Source: Takakia lepidozioides (lineage: Eukaryota > Plantae > Bryophyta). From it: a stretch of 64,000 bases of DNA. Positions 48,573 through 60,340 of the stretch are shown piece after piece (position 1 is the stretch's first letter; each line of letters starts with the position of its first letter). The stretch spans positions 52,142,001-52,206,000 of the forward strand of contig CM060733.1 of assembly GCA_030704615.1 (NCBI GenBank), in the 5' to 3' direction. A model generated the notes under the pieces. The model saw only the letters and a list, made by a program, of their open reading frames with translations. It was not told the DNA's origin and ran no database searches. The position numbers were made by a program, and so were the translations under genes.

Positions 48573-51500
48573 TTGTCGCATCCAAACATCATCTTTTCCC
48601 TGTTGCTGTGTAAATACCTTAGCGAGGGCCTCACAAAGTTTTTGGTGAATTCTGAAGCAGATGGCAAGGAATATGAAGGCCCGCAGTCGCTCTCTGACAG
48701 TGGCGACGGAGTGGCGCAAGTAGTGTCAAGTTTTCCTGGGCTTTGCATGCATGAAAGCTCTCTTAAGAGGAACCCGGAAGTTGCAGTAGCCACCGGGACT
48801 CTGGCAGAATATGAAAAGCAGGTGGATAGTACCCTGAATGTGGGTTCATTGGAGCCGAACGAGAATTGCGCCTCTTGTTCGGGTTGTCCCGATGCCTCTG
48901 ATGTGCGAGGTTGCTCGGCCCCCTCAGAATTTGACAGTGCAGTAGACAGGCACGTTCCCCAAGATGACCTGTCCAGGCCATCCTGGCAGCCTTTAGCCTC
49001 ATCAATCTTGGGTTTGTCACTGCAAAGCACAGTTCCAGCATCAGCACTTGGATGTGATGGCCCTGCCACTTCTCTACCGATGGTCTCACAGAGTTCCAAG
49101 GAGATATCATTTCCTGTGGATAGTAGTGACTCCTCAATTTCTGGAGCAAACAGGTTCATTCCTTCAGCAGCGGCAAATTCACAAAGTACTGCGGCCAGGA
49201 AATGCAACAGTCAGGGTGAGTCCAGGACCGAGGCCACCGAGAGACGGGCGACCGCCATGATGCAGGAGGCTAGCCATTCTCAGAGACCAGAGGCAGAGGG
49301 ATCAAACGATGGTTTTCCTGATACCAAGACAGAGGCCTCCAGGAGACAGTCAGAGTATTGTATAAGAGATTCTGACACCAGTGGCCCTCCTGGCTTTCTG
49401 CACCCACTGGGACCACTGGAGGTGACTGCCAGGATGGAGGAGGCTAGCCATTCCCCCAAACCACAGGCTGCGGGAGCAACCACTTCCTTTCCTGAGCCCT
49501 CCATAGTACACGGCATGGATGAGTCGAGTAAGTTAAAAGTAATGTACTGCCATTATTGCTGAAAGCTAAGATTGCCAATTTCTTTGTGAGGAGAAACTGC
49601 GACTAACATATTGAAGCTTTGGGAACTCCCCTGAATTGGCATCTTTGTTTGTGGTATTGTGTAGGGACGGAAAATGTGAAAACACGTTTTTCTTGCCAGG
49701 TTGGTAATGTGGCAACTGAGCTGGAATCAAAGTATCAACATCAGTATTTCTCTAGTGAATGGGGTGAGGGTAGTGCTGCACCTATGGAGTGGATGTTGAT
49801 GGACATCGTCACTGCACTCCAGCCAACTGAAGATGATTATAAGAGGAGGGTGCATGTGGTCCAGCGTCTTAGTAGTCTCTTTCACTCTCTCGACAGCTGC
49901 CAAGGTTGGTTGTCACTGCTTGCAATCATTGCCAGTGGATTTGCATGGCATGGTGTTTGGTTCAAAAGAAATTGTCGCCACAGTTCATACCTGTGCTCAG
50001 ATTATACTTCCTTGATCAATGCAGTGACATCATGTCATCTCTATAACGTGCAATGGGGCATCTTGGGTGCTTACTATCCTAAACAACATGATGGACACCA
50101 CAATGTGCACCGTCTACCTTTGCCTCAGACTTGCCTCAAAGAGATGGTGTACATTTGAAAGCTTATGTGTGAGACAATGCACTATACTTGCTTGCCTGAC
50201 AGATGCATGCAGTAATACTTCTTATGTTCAAACGCCAGAGTGCATTTGCCTTCCGAGTTCAAGAGCTTTTACCCAATATAATTAATGTGGATATGAAATG
50301 ATCCTAACACTCTCAATGTCCATAAACATGCAGGGTCAGAGGTGGTGCCTTTTGGCTCCTTTGAATCTGACTTCTATACACCATGGGGTGATCTAGATTT
50401 GTCAGTCGAGCAACCATTTACTGGTGAGGAGGCACCTGCACTTCCGAAATCCAAAAAAGTGAAAATACTCCGTAGCATTGAACGAGCTTTACTGAGAACA
50501 GGTACGCTGCTTATGCTCTAATGAAAGAGTTGATAGGTTGCTTGGAGTGTTTGCCAGTTTGGAACTTCTAGTCACTCTCACAAACTTCTTTGACCTTTTA
50601 CACGTATGCTGGCCCCCTAGAAGTACCTCCTTGCCAAATCTTCTATTATTAGTTGTTGCCTAAGCTTCCTTATAGCAAACCACATTGAGGGTCCTCACCT
50701 TGGAACTTCAAGGCACCTTGGAGGAAAAATACACAAGGCACACTTTATCCTTCCCCATTTCTATAAGCTTCTCTTTCTGGTTACAGGATTTCTATGTAAC
50801 AGCTTTATCATTACTAAGCATCTTTTGTGTATGCCTACTGGTTGTCAATCAGCCTTCCAAGGGTGTCCAAACTAAATTGGACCTGTCGCATGCTGATAAC
50901 CTATGTTGTAAGCACCAGACACAAACCTTGTGCAACTTGCGATCATCTAGATGTAATATCAACCCAGCTGACAACCAATTTATAGGTTTCTTGTAGTTGT
51001 ATAATATCCAGACTAGTCTCCCTCTTACAACCTGGTGATATGCACAGGGTTTGCTCGGAAGCTGCAGGTGATAAGCCATGCACGTGTGCCCCTCCTCATG
51101 TTTGTGGATGCTATCGCCAATGTCGCATGTGATGTGTCAGTTGATAATGGCAGTGCGCTGTTCAAGTCACGTGTGCTACGGTGGGTTGCTAACATGGACT
51201 CCAGATGTCGCCACCTCATTTTTCTGGTAAGTTGCCCTCATTTGACATCATGAGCCTAGTTTGAAGTTTGATCATTCTCAACAATATGGGTCATTTCTCT
51301 CATTTTCTCTGAATTTCCGAGGTATGCCTAGCAAAATCAGTCGAAGATCTTTTGCAGCTTTGTAGTCATGCTATTTTTCTATGACTAACAGTGCAATTTG
51401 TGTCTTCTGTGGTATGTGGAGATAATTAGCATGAATGTTTCTTGCAAATCATGTTTTGCATCTGACATTGAGACTATGTACCATGCGGCTGTTGCTAGCG

Positions 51501-54500
51501 GTGCAGATAAAGTGCTGGGCTAAAGCACAATGCATCAATGATCCTAAATTGGGGACATTAAATTCGTTTGCCATATCTCTGCTTGTTGTTTTCCATCTCC
51601 AGGTTGGTTGGCCCTTGTAACACCTATCCTCTCTTGCATTGAAATCTAATCTGTGCCAAAATATAGTTGCCTGCACCATCCTAGTAGTGGTGTGAAGGAA
51701 CTTAAGTGAATAGGCTTTGTACAACTGAAAGAGGAATGCTACTTGTGCAAAACGAGTCAAATTGTTGCTGTGGCAAGTACAATCGCAATCAATGTGTAAT
51801 TTTGTCAAACAAGGGCATGAACAATTGTTCGATGAGCTCTGCATCGAAAGGTGCTGCCTACTCAATCTGGGGTATGATACTTTGTGGTCCTGACAGACAT
51901 TCTTGTTTTCTTGTGCCACCTGTGGCAATGGCTGCTGTTTTGGACAGACGCGTTCACCACCGATTCTTCCCCCATTTTACTACATTCTTGGTGACGATAT
52001 GGGAAGAAAAGAAGCAGGTTTGTTTGTGCATCACGAGAACCGCTATGTCAAACTGGCACACTCTCACATATATGAACTAGTCTTGTAGATCCCTAAATCT
52101 GATGGATATTATGAAGTTTGTTCCTTTCACTAATTTGCTTATCTTTTTAGGATAAGCCGAATTAATGGAACAAGCCTTCCGCGATAGCAGTGGCCCCCCT
52201 TATACTATCCAGCCACTCTCTTCCCTCGTCCTCCCACCCTCCAACAAGTTGTAATGAATACATTTCTTAGCCCTGTATATCATTCTACACCAGGTCTGGA
52301 GAGGTTGATATGGAAAATTCGTATTAAGACATAGCAACAACCACAGGGTGCTGTCCATGGGTACTCTCTTGAACCTCTGGTCTTTGCAGGGTGACTGGCA
52401 GTGCAATGACAGCACGCAACTGCTTATTGGGATATATATGCTTGGGTTGCCAGGAAGAGTTTCAAGAGAGAGAAGAGAGCAGCAGCTGGAGGGATGCTTT
52501 CAAAGAGTTCAAGCACTTATGGGTGAAGGCTATGGGCAAGACAACAAAAGCAGCCTTGGGCACCTTTTCTTGTCTTTCTTTGGACAGGTACTGTTGTCTA
52601 ATATCTCCTGCCACTTTGGTTTTTGCAACAGGAGAGGTAAGTAGGATTGGTCAAACAAGCTGACCAGAGGTGTGTTTCATGGTTGCGGAGGCTCCTTTGC
52701 AGAATCAGTTGTTTGGGTGATTGCTGATTGCTTGATGTGCATTCGTTCCGGTAACTTAATTGGGTTGGGCCTGTAACTTTTGATTGCACCTTCTATTGCT
52801 AACAACGATATGTAGTCTCCTCCCAGTGGAATGAAGGTTTAGGAAAAGGGATTTTGTGTTCCCAGCATTTGATTAGCACCCCTTGCATGCCAAGAGGCTG
52901 TTTGGAACTATGGCAACTGGCCTTTTAATGACTGCATGACGTCGAATGGCACAGTCCATGGATGATCAAATTCTTGTCTGCAACATGGCAAGTCATGATA
53001 GGTGACATACAATGTGATTGATGTTCCACAAGTTATGAGTAGCACTAGACTGCAAATTATTACAGTCATACAGTGGTGGTGTTGCACTACTTTCTGCTTG
53101 TCATCAACAAACTGGTGCAGTGGTTCCTGTACAGTTTGTAGATCAGTGAAGCATCAAGTATGTTGATAGACACTTGTAGAAGGAAAACTTAAGTTCATAA
53201 CTCCTGGTTGTGATGCAGTTTGCCTGTGTGAAAGCTTTGTGGGTCCAAGGACTGGCTGTGTCCACTTACAGAGGGGAATGGGGAGACAGCACCACCACGA
53301 ATCCTGCCTGGCAGGACAGGCCCTACCCCATGACTGTGTGTAACATTACCCTCATTTTCTTCAATGCCACATGTGTAGTCGATCTGCAAAAGTGTAATAC
53401 AATATCAGAGTCAAATTGGATCAACCCAGTCCTGTATACTTCACCGAAGAGGGGAATACAATAATGTCACATGGACTTGCAGTCTTCTGATGCCACACAT
53501 CCCATGCGATTCGTCAGCGGCATCTCAGATGGCAGTTTTATGCACAGGATCTTTACTTTGTTCCAAGCCCAAGGTTACGAAATACCTTGTTGTAACTGAC
53601 ACAGTATTCGCTCACAGTTGTCGGCGATGAACTGTAGTACCCATATTCAAGTTTGCTAGTTCAGATTGCATGAATTCCATTAAGCACTTCTAATTTGTCA
53701 GGAAGTGAATTTCCACAGCTTCAAATCCATTCCACGGCCTTGGGGGATCGGACAATAACTACATTTTACTATAGTTGTTGGCTGCAACAAAGAGTGGTTC
53801 AGTGCTCAGATTTAACAGCATTGGAATGAAGCAATACTTAGACGTGGCTATTGCTCCTTGTTTCTTGGTCGCAGGTGGAGGACCCTTTTGATCGGTTCGA
53901 CAACTGTGCAAGATCAGTGCAAGATTTTAGTCTTCCCATCATCTGTGATGCATTTATGGGTGCTGTTGAAGCATTGCACCACCCACCCCCCTGGAATGGG
54001 CTAGCATGGTTGCGTGAGACCCTCTTTTGCTGGTCCCCTGACCTCCCGAGGCCAGGGATACATCAGCGACAGTTTCCTTACGTGAGTCCCGGAACATGGA
54101 AATCCAAGGTGGATGAAAAGGCTGGAAAACAGAAGCAAAAGCAATTAAGAAAAGACAGACGAATGGACAGGGCTTTGCCAAAAGCCAAAGGGTCACCTAT
54201 GACTCCCTGGCAATCAGATGATATCACTCCAGAGGCGATGTTGGAGTGGGAAGCAGATGCAGTGTCCCATGTTCCTGTTGGCCAAACTGACAGTTATCAA
54301 CCCTTTATCACAGATTTACTCAAAGTTAACAACATTATCATTCCTGAAAAAGTAGCCAATAGCTCAAACCCAAGTGTCAATGGTAAAGAGAGAGTGGAAT
54401 TCGGCAAGGTGCTCATCCAGCAGCCCCAGACTTCAGAACCAAGGCCAGATCTCAGTGAAGTCGGGATATTAGCGGCTGCGGCACTGGCACCAGTAAGTGT

Positions 54501-55095
54501 ACCTAATAAACACAGACGACCACCCGAAACGAGGAGAGTGGGAGCTGAGCAGTGGGCTTTATCTGCTGAGAAATGGGCTCAATCCCATCAGTCTCAAGCA
54601 CACATGAGACTCGAGCAAGAAATAGCTGCAAAGCAGTCGGACCAGCTGGGTGTTGAAGCAACTCCCTCCTCTTCGGCACCTAGGAGAGAGGGAAGGAAAT
54701 CTAGGAAACCAAGAAAGGTACGGGCTCCACTGGATGCCCCGTTGGAGGGGGAGAAGGGTCCAGCTGATTCTGCAGGTGGTCTGTACATGGATCCGAGCAT
54801 AACCATCCTTCATCGGTCAGATGAATCCAGCCAAAATCCGGCAGGCGGAGGGCCAGAGACCAGCCAGCCTCAAAGATCTGAAAATAGTCAGCCAGGGTCC
54901 AACCATAGCAAGCAAACAAGAGTTCATATTCAGCCATGTGAGCCTCACATGGGACAAGCTCAAGGGTTATGGAACAGCCGAAGGGAAGGTAGAGAAGACA
55001 CAAAAGCCTGTCTTAGAAAGCCCAGTAGGAGATCTCGGAATCACAACCGTGGAGTTGTTGATGGTGTTGATCAAAGCATTCCTAGACTCCTTTAG
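48573..55095 (+). CDS. HESO1: HESO1-like terminal uridylyltransferase (Cid1/TUTase family), ~9 exons, long low-complexity N- and C-terminal extensions
   Basis: LQPTEDDYKRR, PFGSFESDFYTPWGDLDLS, HARVPLL..CDVSVDN..KS, IKCWAKAQCINDPKLGTLNS, PPILPP, VEDPFDRFDNCARSV across GT-AG exons (~49700-49904, 50334-50501, 51048-51226, 51507-51602, 51947-52017, 52454-52587, 53219-53335, 53875-55095). The true start is uncertain. Confidence 0.85.
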
Positions 55096-56953
55096 AGATG
55101 AAGAAAGCATTCGTAGACCAGGTAATGTTGCACGTATGCAAGGTACCAGACCACAAATTGTGGCTGGTAGTCTTGATCGAACAGTGGGCATAGCTCGAAG
55201 TAATTTCACCTGATGCGTTTTTCCAGCTTTTTGTAGCTACCCTGGCCTTGGGTTAGACCTGTCTGTCTAGTCATAAGCTACAGAAGGAATTCTATCCAAT
55301 TTGCCTTGCTTTGTTAAACTAACCTGAGTTTCTGTGCCAAATTCAACCTCTTGTATGGTCTTAAAACAATGTGCTAATGCATTTGAAATGATGATTGGGT
55401 CTTCTACATATTGTCTGAGTGTGTATCTTCTTGGAGCCACTTCCTCACTGGCTCAGTTTGCTTTGACGTTCGTACCAGTTCGGTGGAGGAGTGATAAAAC
55501 AACAGCCTTCCCTACTGGAGTTTGCTGGTGGTATGCTCTGGGTTCTGATATTCCACTTAAAAGCTGTCACTGTTGATCAATATTTCGCTGCTAGTCTGCC
55601 ATCTACATGTTGCCCAGAATTTAGATTTTTTTTATGTATGTTAACTGTTTTAAGAGCCAGATGCAGACAGACTGGTGACCGGCTTATGTATGCCTCGTGC
55701 AAGCTTTGCACAATTGGGGCTATCCAGTTAGAGGACCGAGCAGATATGACGCCTCCTGTAATTCTGTCATTGTCAAAATGATTAAAGCTGAGTTTGAGCT
55801 ATCAATTACATTGAAAAAGTCACCAACTAAGATCAAGTCATCTGCATAGATATTCTTAGCCCTTTCAGGCAGAGGTCAGGGTTCTGGTCAGTTGTCCTGC
55901 AGATCGTCCCCTTCAAAATTGGTGTTTCTTTTTCAGGGGGAGGGGTGCTCGCCCCAACAGCTTGGTGAAAAAGATCATGTGGACTTACCTGTAATGTCAT
56001 TTGCTGTGTTCACTGCCAACCAGGCTCAGAGGAGAAGGCAACCTTGCGGAGGTGCTGACTGCAGACCCACAGCAGTGTAGTTGTAGTACTGCCTGCACAA
56101 CTAATCTTCACCAGGTTGCATAGTGGGAGAGACACCTCTACTGTCAAGATACTTGCAACTCATGACTTATGTCCTACAAGCAAGGAAGTCTGTCACTCTG
56201 CATATTGCTACAGGGCCATGGTGGGATCCAGGTTAGCCTCCCAATCTCTCCAACACATTCTCTTCTGTTGCTAAGAACACCTCAACTCCATAACTCGAGT
56301 GTAATCCAAATCAGAGTCTGAGAGTCTTAGATCCCACCATGACCTACCCCATTGCAAATAATGTTTTGTGGCCACTTTAGAATGCAGGGAAGCAGATAAA
56401 GGGACATCATCATATTTGAAATCTTTTGTATGACAAGTGTGAGAAACAAATGTAGCAACCAAAGCCAGTGGTAATGCCATGACTGAATTTCCAACAAAGC
56501 TGTGTTTTCGAGATCTCTAGCCAGGGTAACCTTTACAAGAAGATAATTCTTCTCTGGATATAGAATTTCAAATCCAAACATGAGCACTTGTTACACAATA
56601 CTAGCGTCCTTTGTCTCCATAGCTCCTCCGAGAAGTGCTATGCTGCGTAGGAGAACCCTCAGACTTATCAGAAGCACCTGCAAAGAATTCTCTTGCGTTG
56701 CTGCATCAAAGACATTCAATCGCCCGCTTCAGGAGGCGAACACTTCTACATATTTCTGTACCAACACTCGGAGTTGTCTTCACAATGTCCCACAATCTCC
56801 TTCGTTTGACTGCCCGAGTGTATGTATCTCATCAAGATCTCAAAACTGGCAAACACTAGTTCTGACAGCCCTAGTGAGGAAAATATCGTTCGCTTGGTCT
56901 GGTGAATCCGTGACAGTATCAAATGCATACAGCGTATAAGTGGACCTTATGTA

Positions 56954-57382
56954 TCATGCAGCACCCTTCACTGACACAGGTTCAGATGCATGGTCAGCCG
57001 CCACTGACAACAAACTTCCCTCTTCCACCACCATTGTTAAGGGAGCTGCTCCGAGGCCGTCAGCTATGGCTAAGAGGATCTCCTTCAACTGTGACCGAAA
57101 CTCCGTCAGATCGACTGTGTTGTTGTGGTCGGTATCAAATGTTTCAAAGACAGAGTCATAGAGGGAATTCAATTCGGCAGGAGTCTTCTTTACAGGCACA
57201 CCAAATGACATCTCCACTAAGTTCAGCCTCTCGAAGGCCGGACGCAGCTCTGCCCTGGACAGCACACCATCACCATTCGTGTCGAGCAATTTGAACTGCG
57301 GATCAACAACCCGGTTGAATGCCTCATCATCAGTTGCAAACTCTCTCACTGTGGACCCATCAAGCACCAGCACCCGCCCCAT
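56954..57382 (-). CDS. Small plant calcium-binding EF-hand protein
   Basis: Two EF loops (DTNGDGVLSRAE, DTDHNNTVDLTE) plus the family motifs VLDGSTVREF and LLAIADGLG..P. Intact 142 aa. Confidence 0.92.
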   Translation of the reverse strand: MGRVLVLDGSTVREFATDDEAFNRVVDPQFKLLDTNGDGVLSRAELRPAFERLNLVEMSFGVPVKKTPAELNSLYDSVFETFDTDHNNTVDLTEFRSQLKEILLAIADGLGAAPLTMVVEEGSLLSVAADHASEPVSVKGAA

Positions 57383-57729
57383 CTTCTCCTTCCCTCTTCA
57401 CACCCCGACCTCTCTATCTGCGCCTCTGGGTCTGCGTGTTCCCTCCCCTGTCTATGCGTCTCTCCCTCTCCGTGACTCTATATATCTTTCTATCTCCTAA
57501 AATCTCTCTATCTTTCAGCTTTTCTTCCAATTTCCTCACCTACCAGACAGCACACCAGACCACTTCTGATTGTTGTGATACTCAGCCTAATACAGTGCCT
57601 GCATCTCCCAGAGCCCTGCCGCGTGTGTGAGATCTTTTCTTTCTTTAGCTCCTCTCTTGCAGTGCCCACGAATCCTTGAGAAGGCACCCTCAGAGTCCCG
57701 TTCACTTTGTACTTCCTAACTTTCTACCT

Positions 57730-58030
57730 CACTGGACGTTAAAGAAAGAAACTTTACCTTGGGCTATTTACTATCTTCAATCATTATTACTGTTTCATGT
57801 TTCACATTATTATTATTATTTATTTGGTGAACAGGGTCTATTGCCCTAATTAATTTTATTCATAAGTTATTGAGGGGAAAAAAATTAAAACCCCCATTAA
57901 GCCATAAGGCACAAACACCGTAATCAGTGTAAAGGGAGCCACACATCCACCAAATGGGATTTTGAAGAACCAAGTACTGGGACTGATCCCAAGAGACAAG
58001 ATAAAGATAAAGTTTCTTTAACGTCCAGTG
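57730..58030. mobile_element. Small TIR element with CACTG termini (CACTA-like MITE)
   Basis: CACTGGACGTTAAAGAAA ... TTTCTTTAACGTCCAGTG is a perfect 18-bp inverted repeat. No TSD is preserved. Confidence 0.6.
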
Positions 58031-58097
58031 AATTTAGAGAGCCTACTGCTCAACACACAGGCCATCGAGGGCCCAATGGACGGTCTGAAGGCACATG

Positions 58098-58175
58098 TTG
58101 AAGGATTGAACCCAGGATCACCTAGGTTATGCACATGCAAGGCACAAACACCCAACCACCGGGCTACCTGCTCAA
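58098..58175 (-). mobile_element. tRNA-derived SINE-like head
   Basis: The minus strand has A-box-like TAGCCCGGTGG and B-box GGTTCAATCC. No convincing cloverleaf. Confidence 0.35.
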
Positions 58176-58789
58176 GTGCAGGTAGAGAGAAGACCAATTT
58201 AATGTAGGCAGGCCTACACCGACTGATATATTATCCCACAACATATCACTAGATGTGTATCAACTTGTAGTTGATAATACTTATTACATAGCGACTATTT
58301 CAGTTACATGTGTACATGAGAGAGAAGACTCCGGCCAAAACTGGCATAACTAAGAGCCACTTGTATGTCTCGTTAATAAGACATGATTATTGACGAACCA
58401 CACATTACATACCAACTCAACCCGAGCCTGTTTCCTAACCTAACCCGAACTTACACCAAAGCCCTCTTATTGCCTGACCTTTTGGTGACGTCTGAGGGGA
58501 GGGGAGGGGACGCAAAGAGACGCAAAGAGACGTAAGAAATGCGGCAGCAAACGATAGTTCACGCTAATGCCTGATCCTTGGAGCTGTAGAGCTGAAAGCG
58601 GCATCCCTTTTGGCAATGCGCAGAGGACAGAGTCCCTGGCATGTGGTGGCTATGGCGCCTTCAGGAATGCCATTCAAATTAGTAATAACTCGAAACACTA
58701 CGCGGTTTCCTCTTTTGGGGTCGTTGTATTGTATGTTTGCACTGTCGGATCCAGGCTCTCAATTGTGTTCGGCGAAATTCAGCAGAAAC

Positions 58790-60340
58790 GAATGTACTCT
58801 GGGCAAAGAAGCAAGAATGCGCACGGGATCCTTAGACAAGGCCGATAATTGGTATAAGTGGCGGGTAGGTCACCGCCGGAGCATGGAACAGCGCTGGCAA
58901 GCAGTCTGTAAAGCTGCCTCACCATGGTGGGATGGTAGCGTTGACAAGGTGAGCTTTCTTATGTGGGATGTGAAGGAAGGAGTCTGAGGGAGTTTGACTG
59001 AACTCTGGTCTGATCGTACTGAGTGGATTGGATTGTACCCCTAGTTGTTGAGTGAAGTCAGAATCTCGCTTTGCACTGCAAAAACTGCTTTAACTGTTCG
59101 TAGCGGAGGTTGTTCATCATGAGAAGGGCTTGAAAGGTAGGATGCGCAAGGTCTTTTCCGTGGACTTTGCAAGGTACTTGGGAGGGTCGAGACTGGCTGC
59201 TCAGCTGCTCCCTGGTCGTTTTCACAGAGCACTCCAAAATCTCCAGACTACAGACATAGGCTTGTTTAGCATCTGTGTAAGTTTGGACATGGTTCCTCAA
59301 TGTGTAGAGTTCAATGGAGCCCAAAGTGACTTGCATGAATCACTAGCACTCCTCCATGAAGGGACTTGTCAAAGAAGTTGATTCTGTCAGATTTTCGGGC
59401 ACCAAGGTCTACCATGGAGCATGGAACAGCGCTGGCTTGAGGTTTTTAAAGATCCTCCACATTGGTGGGACAACTGCAATCACAAGGTGTGGGTTTCTTA
59501 ATGTAGCATGTGAAGAAGTTTGTCTGTTCTGAGAATAAGGGCTCTTCCTGTCAATATCATGATTTGGTGTTACAAGGTACTTGGGAGGGTCAGCTTGGCC
59601 TTAGGATGCTGTGCTTAAATCTATGGCTCCTCAGCTGCACCATGGTGGTTCTCACAGACCAATCCGAGGTCACCTGACAAGCAGCACACACAAAGGGTCC
59701 TTCTGGGTTGATGGTCGGTTGAATCCTCCATGGTTGCAAGAAAAGCTAGCTGCTTTCATGACACAGGGTCAAGGACAATGTGGTGAGGAGCACCTTCTTC
59801 AACACATTTGAGCTTGTTTTGCCCTCTTGTCAGAGGCATCCCTAATCTCTCAAGTTAGCTCGATGGATGGATCTATGGTGGTTTGGAGTGATTTTGACAT
59901 GTCACTGCCAATGTGGCAACAGGAAAGTATCCAAAGACAGAAGAGAAGTTTTGGAAGGAATAATTTTCAGATCACAGTCAATGGTGGGACAATCAATGCA
60001 AAAAGGTGAAAGCCTGTTACATTACAGAGAGAGGAAGACAACAAGATGCCATGCAAAGCTTTGTTTGGAATTGTGATCATCTCTCTCCCCAGCACATTTT
60101 TTACGTCTTTCAGCATAGGAACTAGTGTGTGATAAGTAGGGCTGGGTGTGTGCTAGAACAAATCTATGCTGTCAGCAAGGCAAGGATCTATACATGATTT
60201 CTGCAGAGGCAGGGATAGCTGAAAGAGCAGGGATAGAGTGTGGGTCCAGATTTGTCCAAGCGGGCTGGATTTCAAGCACAAGATTACCTATGATTCCCGG
60301 TCAATCAACAGTTACAAAAAGCCTGCATGGAGAGATGGTC
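58790..60340 (+). pseudogene. Three OSB-type PDF ssDNA-binding motif modules (intron-split), decayed, immediately 5' of and running into the PPR ORF
   Basis: Module 1: EQRWQAVCKAASPWWDGSVDK|STPKSPDYRHR. Module 2: EQRWLEVFKDPPHWWDNCNHK|TNPRSPD..FWVDGRLNPPW. Module 3: FWKE*FSDHSQWWDNQCKK|ICPSGLDFKHKIT..KPAW. GT-AG introns at 58949-59227, ~59487-59657 and ~60006-60249. Confidence 0.7.
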
